Assembly (NCBI GenBank): GCA_965200245.1
Contig: CBDATS010000004.1
Span: forward strand, 160,001 to 224,000
Reading direction: 5' to 3'
From: a bacterium
Lineage (GTDB): Bacteria; UBA8248
DNA: 64,000 nt
Position numbers and translations under genes: made by a program. This document shows positions 9,900 through 19,559 of this stretch, piece by piece. The notes beneath the pieces are model-generated. The model made no database searches and was not told where the DNA came from. It saw nothing but the letters and a program-made list of their open reading frames with translations. The first letter of the stretch is position 1. The number at the start of each line of letters is the position of its first letter.

Positions 9900-10847
9900 T
9901 CATAAAGTTCGGGTGAACTCGCCCAAGGCTGAAACTGTTTTCTCCAGACTTTGTGTATCTTCCACATTATGTACCGGTATACTCTTCAGTATCCGCTTGT
10001 TCAATCCTGAAAGCACCTTTCCGGGGCCCAACTCGACCATTACGTCGGGCTTCTCCCTGCCAGCCTCGCGAACGGCATCTTCCCAACGTACGGCGGAGCG
10101 AATCTGCCGTTTGAGCAACTCCCTTACCTTGTTTCCCTCCTGAACGGGCTGAGCGGTCACGTTCGCATAGACCGGGACCGAAGTATCACCTATTTCCGCC
10201 CCGTCGAGAACTTCACTCATCCGCTCAGCCGCCTCACTCAACAAAGAACAGTGGAAGGGGGCCCCCACCGGAAGCATCACCGCCCTCCGCGCCCCTTTTT
10301 CCGTCGCCAGACGCGCGGCAGCTTCCACCGCGTCCTTATCTCCCGACAAGACATATTGGCCGGGGGCATTATAATTTGCAACCTCCACCACGCCTTCTAT
10401 TTCGTCGCAAAGGGCTTCGACAACTTCTTTTTCTATGCCGAGAAGGGCCGCCATGGCGCCACCTTTCTCGGGGACGACTTCGTGCATGAAGCGACCCCTT
10501 TGCTTTACCAATTCAACAGATGTCTCGAAATCGAATGCCCCGGCTGCAAGAAGAGCGGAGTATTCCCCCAAGCTGTGTCCCAGGGCGAAAGAAGCACTGA
10601 ACCCCTGCTCACACAACAGAGTACATGCGATATGACTATGAACCAGAATTGCGGGCTGGGTGTGGCAAGTGAGCGTCAACTCCGACTTGGGGCCATCAAA
10701 GCTCAGCCTGGCGAGGTCCCATCCCAGAATATCGCTCGCCTGTTCATAGGCTTCTCGGGCAAATGGATATTCGTCATAGAATTGTTTACCCATGCCAACA
10801 TATTGAGAACCCTGGCCAGGAAACAGAAACGCAATTTTCACACCCAT
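9900..10847 (-). CDS. fabD: Malonyl-CoA:ACP transacylase
   Basis: FPGQGSQ, GHSLGEY, APFHC. Confidence 0.96.
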   Translation of the reverse strand: MGVKIAFLFPGQGSQYVGMGKQFYDEYPFAREAYEQASDILGWDLARLSFDGPKSELTLTCHTQPAILVHSHIACTLLCEQGFSASFALGHSLGEYSALLAAGAFDFETSVELVKQRGRFMHEVVPEKGGAMAALLGIEKEVVEALCDEIEGVVEVANYNAPGQYVLSGDKDAVEAAARLATEKGARRAVMLPVGAPFHCSLLSEAAERMSEVLDGAEIGDTSVPVYANVTAQPVQEGNKVRELLKRQIRSAVRWEDAVREAGREKPDVMVELGPGKVLSGLNKRILKSIPVHNVEDTQSLEKTVSALGEFTRTL

Positions 10848-10947
10848 CGAACAACCCTTACCAGTGGCATGAACGGGGACGCTAATTAATTATAATTCAC
10901 GGATAGAACCAAGCGGGAGAAGAAGAACCTTTCCGGGTATTATCGCA

Positions 10948-11937
10948 TCAATTCCATTCGACCAAAGTCGCCCCCCAAGTGAGGCCTCCGCCGAAAGCAG
11001 CCATGAGGACATTATCTCCGCTTTGAATTTTTCCTTCTCTCACCGATTCATCCAGCGCAACCGGTATGGTGGCCGCTGACATATTACCGTATTTGTTAAT
11101 CGTGACTACCACCTTATCCATCGACAATTCAAGTCTTTTCGCCACGGCTTCGATAATCCGCAAATTCGCCTGATGCGGTATGAACAAATCCACGTCATCC
11201 AGCGTGAGACCGCTTTTTTCAAGCGTTTCCTTACAGACTTCAAGAAAATAGCGTACAGCCGTCTTGAACGTCTCCTGCCCTTTCATCTGCAGTAAATGCT
11301 CTTTGTTGTGCACATCGTCCGCCGTGATCGGGGCGAACCGGGAACCGCCGCCCGGAACCAGTATCAGCTCACCGCTATTCCCGTCGCTGTAAACCCTCGA
11401 ATCCATGATGCCTCTGCATCCGTTCTCAGACGCCCCCACGACGACGGCACCCGCACCATCTCCCCAGAGGACGCAAGTACCCCTGTCTTCCCAGTTCGTC
11501 ATCCGCGTCATAACATCGGCGGAAACGAGTAGCACTTTCTTCATTATGCCCGAACGGATATAGGCGTCGGCAGCCTGAAGACCGTAGACGAAACCCGTGC
11601 ACGCCGCATTCAAGTCGAACGCCGCGGCCTTATCCGCGCCGATGTGTGACTGCAGCCAGCAAGCCGCAGCCGGGCACATCGTGTCCGGTGTGAGGGTGGT
11701 TACAATGATGAGGTCTATTTCCCCGGCTCCGACACCAGCAACTTCTAACGCCTGATTTGCGGCGTGAATCGAAAGGTGGGAAGTCGCTTCGTCGGGATTC
11801 GCCACACGCCGCTCACTGATTCCCGTTCGCTCTTGTATCCACTTGTCGCTGGTGTCGACCATCTTTTCCAACTCGGCGTTCGAGAGAACTCTTTCAGGGA
11901 CATAAGAGCCAGTTCCCAAGATGACGGAATGGGTCAC
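10948..11937 (-). CDS. fabH: Beta-ketoacyl-ACP synthase III
   Basis: AACTGF, PHQANLRI, YGNMSAATIP, FGGGLTWG. Confidence 0.96.
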   Translation of the reverse strand: MTHSVILGTGSYVPERVLSNAELEKMVDTSDKWIQERTGISERRVANPDEATSHLSIHAANQALEVAGVGAGEIDLIIVTTLTPDTMCPAAACWLQSHIGADKAAAFDLNAACTGFVYGLQAADAYIRSGIMKKVLLVSADVMTRMTNWEDRGTCVLWGDGAGAVVVGASENGCRGIMDSRVYSDGNSGELILVPGGGSRFAPITADDVHNKEHLLQMKGQETFKTAVRYFLEVCKETLEKSGLTLDDVDLFIPHQANLRIIEAVAKRLELSMDKVVVTINKYGNMSAATIPVALDESVREGKIQSGDNVLMAAFGGGLTWGATLVEWN

Positions 11938-12019
11938 GATATGATTCCCTATTCGGGCGAGATTACTGCCATTTAAGCGTCATGATCTTAGTCTAAAATT
12001 GGATCAGATATCAAGAAGG

Positions 12020-13129
12020 TCATTTTTCTTCATCGTCGTTCTTTGTTTCTTTTTCTTCTCCCGTCACCCTTTCGTAGAAAATGCCCGTTCGAATCTGGTT
12101 CCACAAACGCCAGCCTACGTCCCCGCTACGCTGAATGGAGATATGCTTGTCAATTTCCTTTTGTATCTTCTCGTTGAGTTCGACCTTGACGATGCTCGCC
12201 GTCGTGCGAATGGCGTTTTTCACGGCCTTTGCGTTGCTGCGACCATGCCCGATTGTGCAAATTCCGCCCAAACCCAGCAAAGGGGCTGCTCCGTATTCGG
12301 AATAATCGGTTCTTTGACGCATGGATTTCAGTCCATTTTGCAAAAACATATATCCAATCTTGCTGCGTATCGATCCGACGATTTGCTCCCTGAGCAGCGT
12401 CGTAAGCATTTCACTGAGACTCTCGCTCACCTTCAAGGCCACGTTGCCCACGAATCCATCACACACGACCACGTCCGTTCCACCCTGAAAAATCGTGCTA
12501 CCTTCCACGTTGCCCACGAAATTCAAATCACTTTTCACGAAAATCTCATGGGCGGCCTTGAGCACTTCGGTTCCCTTGGAATCCTCTCCCCCCACATTCA
12601 ACAAGCCCACTGTAGGCGCGGGCTTCTTGAAGACCTCTTCGGTATACACGGAACCCATGACGCCGAACTGAAACAAGTGCTGCACTCGAGGAGTCAGATT
12701 CGCTCCTACGTCCAGCATTACGGAAAATCCCTTGAGGGTGGGAATCAAGGCAGCAATGGCGGGTCGCTGAACACCCGGCATGCGCTGCAATACGGCCAAA
12801 CCGGTGGCGAAGGCGCCTCCGGTATCGCCCGCGCTGAACACCGCCTGCGCCTCTCCGTCCTTTACCAGTTGAAGCGCAACGCGCATGGAGGAATCCGGCT
12901 TGGATTTCAACGATTTGGTGGGAGATTCTCCCATGGCGATGACCTGGCTCGCCGGGCGAATCTCGAATATGTCCTTGGAGGCCCCGTGACGCGCGAGTTC
13001 TGCTTCGATTTGCTCCGGCTCACCCACCAGAACAGATTCGATACCCTCTTCCCAGTGAGCGTCCAACGCTCCTTCTATAATTGCCGAAGGCGCGTTGTCT
13101 CCACCCATGGCGTCTACCGCTATTTTCAT
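12020..13129 (-). CDS. plsX: Phosphate acyltransferase PlsX
   Basis: IAVDAMGGDNAP, LDVGAN, CDGFVGNVALK, HGRSNAKA. Confidence 0.96.
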   Translation of the reverse strand: MKIAVDAMGGDNAPSAIIEGALDAHWEEGIESVLVGEPEQIEAELARHGASKDIFEIRPASQVIAMGESPTKSLKSKPDSSMRVALQLVKDGEAQAVFSAGDTGGAFATGLAVLQRMPGVQRPAIAALIPTLKGFSVMLDVGANLTPRVQHLFQFGVMGSVYTEEVFKKPAPTVGLLNVGGEDSKGTEVLKAAHEIFVKSDLNFVGNVEGSTIFQGGTDVVVCDGFVGNVALKVSESLSEMLTTLLREQIVGSIRSKIGYMFLQNGLKSMRQRTDYSEYGAAPLLGLGGICTIGHGRSNAKAVKNAIRTTASIVKVELNEKIQKEIDKHISIQRSGDVGWRLWNQIRTGIFYERVTGEEKETKNDDEEK

Positions 13130-13148
13130 CGTCTCTTCCCGCGGTGTC

Positions 13149-13328
13149 TTATTCCTTCACGTCCAGAACTTTCTGGCCTTTGTAGTATCCACAAATATTG
13201 CATACCCGGTGTGGCAGCACCGGATTGTTGCAGTTCGGACAAACCGCTATCGACGGTTTCGCCACTTTGTAGTGCGTTCTTCGCTTACGGCCTCGCGACT
13301 GCGAATGCCGACGTTTGGGAAGTCCCAC
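13149..13328 (-). CDS. rpmF: 50S ribosomal protein L32 (Zn-ribbon type)
   Basis: Not in ORF track. Manual translation MGLPKRRHSQSRGRKRRTHYKVAKPSIAVCPNCNNPVLPHRVCNICGYYKGQKVLDVKE; GTG start with AAGGAG RBS; canonical position between yceD and plsX. Confidence 0.96.
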   Translation of the reverse strand: MGLPKRRHSQSRGRKRRTHYKVAKPSIAVCPNCNNPVLPHRVCNICGYYKGQKVLDVKE

Positions 13329-13487
13329 AGCACTTTACTCCTTTCAAAAGATACGTCTCATGCGACAATATTTCTTCCGGCGATAGTTCAACCCCACACC
13401 AACAGTTGGAATCACCATATGATATCATATTTTCCGGCATATATTTCGAGTTCCGGATTCATCGCACATAATCTACTATCCGGAACA

Positions 13488-14024
13488 TCACGCAAAATCC
13501 TGCGGTTTCCAGCCCTTGAGCGGCCCCCACCGCGGATCAGGCTCTGCCCCCACACCGACAGATACGCCCTCATCAAGCTTTCGACAAGTTTCGGGCATTT
13601 CTCCGAGACACTTTTCAGGACACCTTGGCTGTATGGGAATCGCCAACACGATTTCATCACGAACAGGCGTTGTCATATCCACCGTTTCATTTTCGACGTA
13701 TGCGACATCAAGGTCTTCTTCGTTTAGCTCGAATTCACCTTCTGCGCCGGAACCCTGTGGCATTTGCGAAAAATAGACGGCCAAAGGCTCATCAAAGGTA
13801 AACGGAAATTCCGCCAGTCCAAGAGAGCATTCCAACAATAACCGACCACTCAGTCGACCCCGGAAACTCACCTCGTGATTTCCCTGCCGCTCGAATCTTC
13901 CGGCAAGTTGCAACCCGGAAGCCTTGAGCCAGACTTCCTTCAAATCATCCAGTTCCAATTCCAGAGAAATTTCCAGGCCCTCGGCCGGGACCTGGGCGAG
14001 AGAAAATTCAAGGATATTCCCCAT
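13488..14024 (-). CDS. yceD: DUF177/YceD family protein
   Basis: ECSLGL...VDMTTPVRDEIVLAIP...DPRWGPLK; immediately upstream of rpmF; start ATG 14024. Confidence 0.85.
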   Translation of the reverse strand: MGNILEFSLAQVPAEGLEISLELELDDLKEVWLKASGLQLAGRFERQGNHEVSFRGRLSGRLLLECSLGLAEFPFTFDEPLAVYFSQMPQGSGAEGEFELNEEDLDVAYVENETVDMTTPVRDEIVLAIPIQPRCPEKCLGEMPETCRKLDEGVSVGVGAEPDPRWGPLKGWKPQDFA

Positions 14025-14116
14025 ATCGTTTCCCCGCAGGAGGTGTTCCACAAGATGCAAGAGCGCCCCGATTATCACGACATGGCGCACTCGAACCTCC
14101 CTGTGTCTGGATTCGG

Positions 14117-14145
14117 AATATAGGGAGGCGACGGGATCGTGTCAA
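14117..14145 (-). promoter_or_regulatory. Sigma70-type promoter of the yceD-rpmF-plsX-fab operon
   Basis: TTGACA-N17-TATATT on the minus strand. Confidence 0.7.
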
Positions 14146-14213
14146 ACAACAAAGCGGGTGGGAGAACCGGGAATTTCCATATTTCGTTGCACTCAGGCAC
14201 ATCGCGCTATGAA

Positions 14214-15173
14214 TCAGCGATTCCAGGGGTTCGGGAGCAGTAACTCCAGAAGTCTCCCTTCCCGAACGCCGCCGGTAGACACGCCAAACTCTTGCTTTCG
14301 ACCCCACCGCAACAGCGCACGCACGACGATGAGGCCAGCGAGCGCAACATCTTCACGCCCCGGCTCGAAACCGTCAAGTCCTCGCCTCTGTTCGTAAGTT
14401 AACCCTGCGAACCGCCCGACCCATTCCTCGAAGCAAGAACTCGGCAGCGAGAACCCATCCACGCGCCCGCCAGGCGGGACACCCTCACTCAAAAACCAGG
14501 CCAGCGCCACAACGCCCCCGCAGCCAATAAAAGGGATTTCCGCCGGTACCGCCTGGGCGAAACCAATATCCGCCAGCATCGCATCCACAGCCTCCGAGCA
14601 GGCCTGCACCTGCGCAACAGGCGTCGGCATCGTTTTGAGGTAACGCTCCGTCAGATAGACTACCCCGGCGGGAAGGCTCACCATCTCCAGAACCTCGCCA
14701 CCCGCGGAAATGATGACTTCGAGGCTTCCTCCGCCGATGTCGAACACAAAGGCGCGTTCGGGTTTATTATTCAGCGTGGCGAAAACGCCCGCCAACGTCA
14801 GCCTCGCCTCTTCCTCGGGTGAAATCACGCGCATTACAATACCCTGCCGAGAGGCACGCTCAAGAAACACGTCGGCATTCTGCGCCTCACGCAACGCGCT
14901 CGTCGCCACGGCGTCAACGAAATGGACGTGATGCTCCCGAATGATTCGGGCAAATCGTGAAAGGCAGGCGAGCCCTCTCTGCATGGCATTCTCGGAAAGC
15001 ATCCCCGTTTCGCAGACACCCTCGCCCAAGCGAATCAACTCGCGCCAGCGGCCCCGCGATTCGAGCTTGCCGGTTTCATCGAGTGTAGCGAGTGCCAGAC
15101 GTGCCGCGTTCGTGCCCAAGTCCACCACGGCGGCCAGAGGATCCGACAGATCGGCTCGATATCGTTCAGACAT
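14214..15173 (-). CDS. ppx: Ppx/GppA family phosphatase (short form)
   Basis: VDLGTNAARL, ATSALREAQN, EEEARL, DIGGGSLE, GVREG. Confidence 0.9.
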   Translation of the reverse strand: MSERYRADLSDPLAAVVDLGTNAARLALATLDETGKLESRGRWRELIRLGEGVCETGMLSENAMQRGLACLSRFARIIREHHVHFVDAVATSALREAQNADVFLERASRQGIVMRVISPEEEARLTLAGVFATLNNKPERAFVFDIGGGSLEVIISAGGEVLEMVSLPAGVVYLTERYLKTMPTPVAQVQACSEAVDAMLADIGFAQAVPAEIPFIGCGGVVALAWFLSEGVPPGGRVDGFSLPSSCFEEWVGRFAGLTYEQRRGLDGFEPGREDVALAGLIVVRALLRWGRKQEFGVSTGGVREGRLLELLLPNPWNR

Positions 15174-15197
15174 GAAAAAAACGGCTTTTCGAAGGGA

Positions 15198-15713
15198 TCA
15201 TGTATTTCTGAATCGTTCCTTGTTGTGCATGTAGGAGACGGCCGTGTTCCTGAAGCGCTCTCTTTCTTCATCATCAAGATCGCGAACATATCTCGCAGGC
15301 GCTCCCAGCCAGAGGGTTCCGGGAGCAATCACCTTGTTCTCGGGCACGACGGCGCCTGCCCCGACGACGGCACCCTCGCCCACCTCTACGTTATTCAAAA
15401 CGATGGCTCCCATCGCTATCAGGGCACCGTCCCCCACCCGACAACCATGTACGATGGCCATGTGACCCACGGAAACGTCGTCTCCCAGCACGCAATCATA
15501 CTTCCCGCCCTCAATGTGCAGGATTGAGCCGTCCTGAATGTTGGTGCGCTTCCCCACGCGGATAGGCATGTGGTCCCCGCGCAGAACACAGTTGTACCAA
15601 ACACTACTGTGTTCCCCGATTTCCACGTCCCCGATGACAACGGCGGTCTCTGCCATCCAGGCGGTTTCATGGATTTTAGGTAGCATTCCCTCAAAGGGAA
15701 TCAACATGAGCAC
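15198..15713 (-). CDS. Gamma-carbonic anhydrase family (YrdA-like) hexapeptide protein
   Basis: LRGD, TNIQDGSILH, VGHMAIVHGC, left-handed beta-helix repeats. Confidence 0.9.
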   Translation of the reverse strand: MLMLIPFEGMLPKIHETAWMAETAVVIGDVEIGEHSSVWYNCVLRGDHMPIRVGKRTNIQDGSILHIEGGKYDCVLGDDVSVGHMAIVHGCRVGDGALIAMGAIVLNNVEVGEGAVVGAGAVVPENKVIAPGTLWLGAPARYVRDLDDEERERFRNTAVSYMHNKERFRNT

Positions 15714-15739
15714 CCTCTCCCAGGTTTCGCTTCCGGTTT

Positions 15740-17227
15740 CTAAAGAGGTGACGTTCGCTTTTCCACTTCGCCTGGCATTGGTTCGTGGGCAGCGGGTGAG
15801 ATTCGAACTTCCTTCAGCAGAGGCAAATTGTCAAACATCGTTCGCCGCTCATCCAAAATCTTCTTGAAAGCCGCTCGCAGCGAACGGGGAAGCGGCATAC
15901 CTTTGGGGAGTTTCGCCTTCAAGGGGTTCAAATACCGTCCCCGGCGAGTAATCCGGTAATCCAGATGAGGGCCTGTGGACAGTCCCGTGGAACCCACGTA
16001 GCCGATTACCTGGCCCTGGAAGACCCGCCTCCCCTTTCGCATCCCGCTCGCATATCGATACAAGTGAAGGTAGGAGGTCCGGTAGCCACCACCGTGGCGT
16101 AGTTTTATGGTTTTGCCGCCCTGTCCCTTGCTGCCCACCCAGGTGGCCACTCCATCGGCAACCGCATGAACAGGCGTCCCCCGGGGTGCTGCGTAATCCA
16201 CGCCGAAATGCGGGCGATAGCGCTTGAGCAGCGGATGAAAGCGCTTCTTCGTGAAACGCGAACTGATTCGCGTGTATCGCAACGGAGAGCGTAAAAAGGC
16301 GCGCCTCAGGGATTCGCCCTTGAAGCTGTAATATCTGCCACCTGCGCGCTCGAAATACGCCGCTGTGTGACGCCTGCCTCCTACAGTGAACCTGACTGCC
16401 AGAATCTTCCCGTAGCCGGCGAATTCGCCCCTGAGACGTTTGCGCTCGACCAGGACTTCCACCTGATCCCCTTTTTGCAAATCCTTATGAAAATCAATGA
16501 CGTATGCAAAAATATCGTCCAGTTTGTTCACCAGCACAGGAGCTCCTCCACCATCTACGATGGCCTGATGCAAGGAGTCGCGGATCTGGGATTGAATGCG
16601 GACGACATCGACGCGATAGGGAATGGGCTCTTTTCTGGCCGTAAGTTTTCCGCCTGGGGCTCGCAAGATCCTGAGCCGCTTCTCCTTGTCGATCTGAAAA
16701 ACGAACTCGTGAAACTCGCCATCTTTTTTCTTCACTTCATATCGACGACCCGTTCGGATGCGCGAGAAAATTCGTTTTTCCCGAACACTCTCCAGTATTT
16801 TCTGAATTACGGAATGCCGCACCTTGCGCGCCAACAACACTCCGATGACGGTGTCGTCTTTGGCGAATTTCCCCACTTCCGTGGCCAATCCATCCTTCTT
16901 CGGACTGGAAGCGACTTCCTCCATGGTATTTTCTTCAGGTTTCTCAAGCGCCTGCCCTTGAACTTTTCGATTAGGTTGAGTACCCGGAGCATCTTTACTT
17001 TTGTGCCCTCGTTCGCTTCGGGCTGAAACAGAAGCCGAGGGAGATTTCAGAAGTGAATCAGGTGAAGGAGGCATGACGGATCGTACATACAGGGCCACAC
17101 CGATGACGAGCATCAACGATACACCCGTCACAGTAAACTTCCCGGAGTTGTTGCCGGATTTCAGTGCCGAGAAAAGTCGCCTCGCGAATTGCACGAACTT
17201 ACCGCGCATCACAATTCCTTCGGACAC
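15740..17227 (-). CDS. M23 family peptidoglycan DD-endopeptidase (MepM-like) with N-terminal membrane anchor
   Basis: TM segment, HFGVDYAAPRGTP (HxxxD), YLHL, GYVGSTGLSTGPHLDY. Confidence 0.9.
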   Translation of the reverse strand: MSEGIVMRGKFVQFARRLFSALKSGNNSGKFTVTGVSLMLVIGVALYVRSVMPPSPDSLLKSPSASVSARSERGHKSKDAPGTQPNRKVQGQALEKPEENTMEEVASSPKKDGLATEVGKFAKDDTVIGVLLARKVRHSVIQKILESVREKRIFSRIRTGRRYEVKKKDGEFHEFVFQIDKEKRLRILRAPGGKLTARKEPIPYRVDVVRIQSQIRDSLHQAIVDGGGAPVLVNKLDDIFAYVIDFHKDLQKGDQVEVLVERKRLRGEFAGYGKILAVRFTVGGRRHTAAYFERAGGRYYSFKGESLRRAFLRSPLRYTRISSRFTKKRFHPLLKRYRPHFGVDYAAPRGTPVHAVADGVATWVGSKGQGGKTIKLRHGGGYRTSYLHLYRYASGMRKGRRVFQGQVIGYVGSTGLSTGPHLDYRITRRGRYLNPLKAKLPKGMPLPRSLRAAFKKILDERRTMFDNLPLLKEVRISPAAHEPMPGEVEKRTSPL

Positions 17228-17361
17228 GGCGGGCGGAAATCACCAAAAACCGACAGGTACGGGAAATACCTCATGTTACTTATTAACTGCTAATATACCA
17301 GATTCTCCGAATATTTCAACCCATTATTAGTATAGCTACATTATTGGAGAATCGGATCCTG

Positions 17362-17396
17362 AAAAAAAAAACAGGAAGGAGGTCTTTCAATCCTGT
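17362..17396 (-). terminator. Possible intrinsic terminator downstream of cinA
   Basis: Minus strand ACAGGA-N14-TCCTGT running into a T10 tract; weak stem. Confidence 0.4.
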
Positions 17397-17462
17397 ATGC
17401 CTGACCCAGATACTCATGAACTATAGTTCCCTGTTCTTCAGAAATTCGACCATGCCCACGCG

Positions 17463-18725
17463 TCACGTCAGCGGGTCGAGTCCGAGCACCGCGCGGCGCA
17501 CGAGTTCCATCCCGTAGATAGGCGCACGCGACTGCACGAACTGCTCGTTCCCTCCGAAGCTCGACGTGAAGGTGAACACGTCGCTCCCAGTGTGGAGCGC
17601 CATGTGAGTGGGGCCCAGCGCGGGCGCGCGTCGGGAGTTTTCCGGTTCGATGTTCTCGGGCGGGTTAGGGCCGAAGACGGCAAGACCCAGGCCGGCGTCG
17701 GATTCTTCGCGCACACGCCGAGCAAGTTCCCTGGCAAAGCTCTCGGGGGGTTCGCTCGCATCCACACCGAACATGCGCGCAAGTTCCTCTGAATGCAAGC
17801 CGACGACGCCGCGCTTCAGGAACTGCACGCGCTCGGGCCATGCGTTCAGCCTCTGGATCAAGGCCCCGCCGGTGTTCGATTCCACAATGGCGATGGTATT
17901 TCCGCTTTCGGCCAGCACACGCGCCAGCGTCTCCTCAAGCGTCGCGTTGCCCGTCGCGTAAACGGCGGAACCCAGAATCTCGCGCACCTTGACCTCCAGG
18001 CCCGCAATCATGTCGTCCGCCTCCTCGATGTTCGCGGCTCGCGCGGTGATCCGTACATCCACCTGGCCGGGATGGGCGAGCACACCGATGCTTGGATTGA
18101 TCGACTCACGAAACAGATCCGATATCATCTCGTCCACCCGCGATTCGCCGAGGCCACACGTCTTGAGAACTTTCGTGCGGATGACTTCGCCAAGGTCGAA
18201 CCTCTCCTGCAGGATGGGCACCGCGCACTGGGTGATGATGTAGCGCATCTCGTGCGGCACGCCCGGGCTCACGATGATGACACCTTTCTCATCCTCGCAC
18301 ATGAAACACGGTGCCGTGCCGCGCGGGTTCTCGATGGGCGTGGCCCCCGTAGGAATGAAAGCCTGTTTCCTGTTGTTCTCGCTCATGTGGAAACCACGCC
18401 GGCTGAAATAGGCGCTGATGTAATCGTACAAATCCTGGCGAAACTCAAGCTCTACACCCATCACCTTGGCACAGGCCTCTCGCGTCAAATCGTCCACCGT
18501 GGGGCCAAGTCCACCCGTGGTGATGACCACCTGGGAACGATCGTGCGCCTGGCCGATGACGCCTGCGATTCTGTCCAGATTGTCGCCGACGGTGGTCTTG
18601 TAATACATGTTGACGCCTATCGACTTGAGCTGGTTCGCGATGAAGGCACTGTTGGTATCAATGAGGTCGCCGAGTAGCATCTCGGTGCCGATGGCGACGA
18701 TTTCGCCGAGAATGGGTTCTGCCAT
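17463..18725 (-). CDS. cinA: CinA family protein (COG1058 N-domain plus degenerate PncC-like C-domain)
   Basis: IGTEMLLGDLIDTNS, TVGDN, TGGLGPTVDDLTRE, GTAP, PGVPHEM; C-domain AIVESNTGG. Confidence 0.88.
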   Translation of the reverse strand: MAEPILGEIVAIGTEMLLGDLIDTNSAFIANQLKSIGVNMYYKTTVGDNLDRIAGVIGQAHDRSQVVITTGGLGPTVDDLTREACAKVMGVELEFRQDLYDYISAYFSRRGFHMSENNRKQAFIPTGATPIENPRGTAPCFMCEDEKGVIIVSPGVPHEMRYIITQCAVPILQERFDLGEVIRTKVLKTCGLGESRVDEMISDLFRESINPSIGVLAHPGQVDVRITARAANIEEADDMIAGLEVKVREILGSAVYATGNATLEETLARVLAESGNTIAIVESNTGGALIQRLNAWPERVQFLKRGVVGLHSEELARMFGVDASEPPESFARELARRVREESDAGLGLAVFGPNPPENIEPENSRRAPALGPTHMALHTGSDVFTFTSSFGGNEQFVQSRAPIYGMELVRRAVLGLDPLT

Positions 18726-18767
18726 GAATGGTTCCTTTATGTCGAAAACCAGAATGTGATGAGTTGC

Positions 18768-18796
18768 ATATTAGGCAAGCACTCCCTTATCGACAA
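18768..18796 (-). promoter_or_regulatory. Possible sigma70 promoter for cinA
   Basis: TTGTCG-N17-TAATAT on the minus strand. Confidence 0.4.
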
Positions 18797-18804
18797 GGGG
18801 GGAC

Positions 18805-19536
18805 TCAAGGCAACTTCACAAGCCCCGCGAGAGCGAGCCAGCGCTCGAACCAACGCGTTGCGCGCTGGCTCAAGGTCTCGAGATACGTCGGCGCATCGTT
18901 CAGTATCGCCAGCGGGTCCGCATCCGAGCGCGGGGAATGCATGTCGCCTGCGAACGCATCCAGCCATTTGGATATGTCCTCGATCCCGATCTCCAGATGG
19001 AACTGAAAGGCGTATGCGCGTTCGCCCCACCGGAACGCTTGATTGGGGTAGCGAGCGGATGAGACCAAGTGCACCGCTCCCTGTGGCAAGTCGAATGTAT
19101 CGCCGTGCCACTGAAATACCGGGAACGTCGCCTCTTCATCCTCAAGAAGCGGGTCCCCTTGCGCCCGCGGCGTCAAATCCACCTGAAACCAGCCGATCTC
19201 CTTTTTCCCCTCCCCCGGATACACCCGGGCACCGAGCGCCGCCGCCATAAGCTGCGCGCCCAGACAAAGTCCGTAAACAGGAACGCCTGCACGAATCGCT
19301 TCGCCCAGGAAACGAATCTCATCGGTCAACCAAGAGAATTTCTCCTCTTCGTAAACGCCCATCGGTCCACCCAGGACAACGATGGCTTTTGTGTCTCCCA
19401 AATCCTTGAGCGAACGCGGGAGGTGCTGCCCCTTGTGGAGAGCCAGGTAACGCGAAGGGATGCCGCGCCGCGCGAGCACTTCCTCGAGCAACGAGAGCCT
19501 TTCCACGTCCACATGCTGAAGCGCGAGAATGGACAA
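18805..19536 (-). CDS. Stand-alone class I glutamine amidotransferase-like protein
   Basis: LGGPMG, GLCLGAQ (nucleophile Cys), QWHGD, FQFHLE (His-Glu). Confidence 0.9.
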   Translation of the reverse strand: MSILALQHVDVERLSLLEEVLARRGIPSRYLALHKGQHLPRSLKDLGDTKAIVVLGGPMGVYEEEKFSWLTDEIRFLGEAIRAGVPVYGLCLGAQLMAAALGARVYPGEGKKEIGWFQVDLTPRAQGDPLLEDEEATFPVFQWHGDTFDLPQGAVHLVSSARYPNQAFRWGERAYAFQFHLEIGIEDISKWLDAFAGDMHSPRSDADPLAILNDAPTYLETLSQRATRWFERWLALAGLVKLP

Positions 19537-19559
19537 CCGAATCCCTCTTGCAAGCGGGC

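Noticed and set aside
11999-13471. 490-aa plus-strand ORF
   Set aside because: Antisense shadow of plsX and rpmF with no recognisable motifs
17362-17371. A10 homopolymer as a phase-variation tract
   Set aside because: Intergenic and better explained as the U-tract of a terminator after cinA
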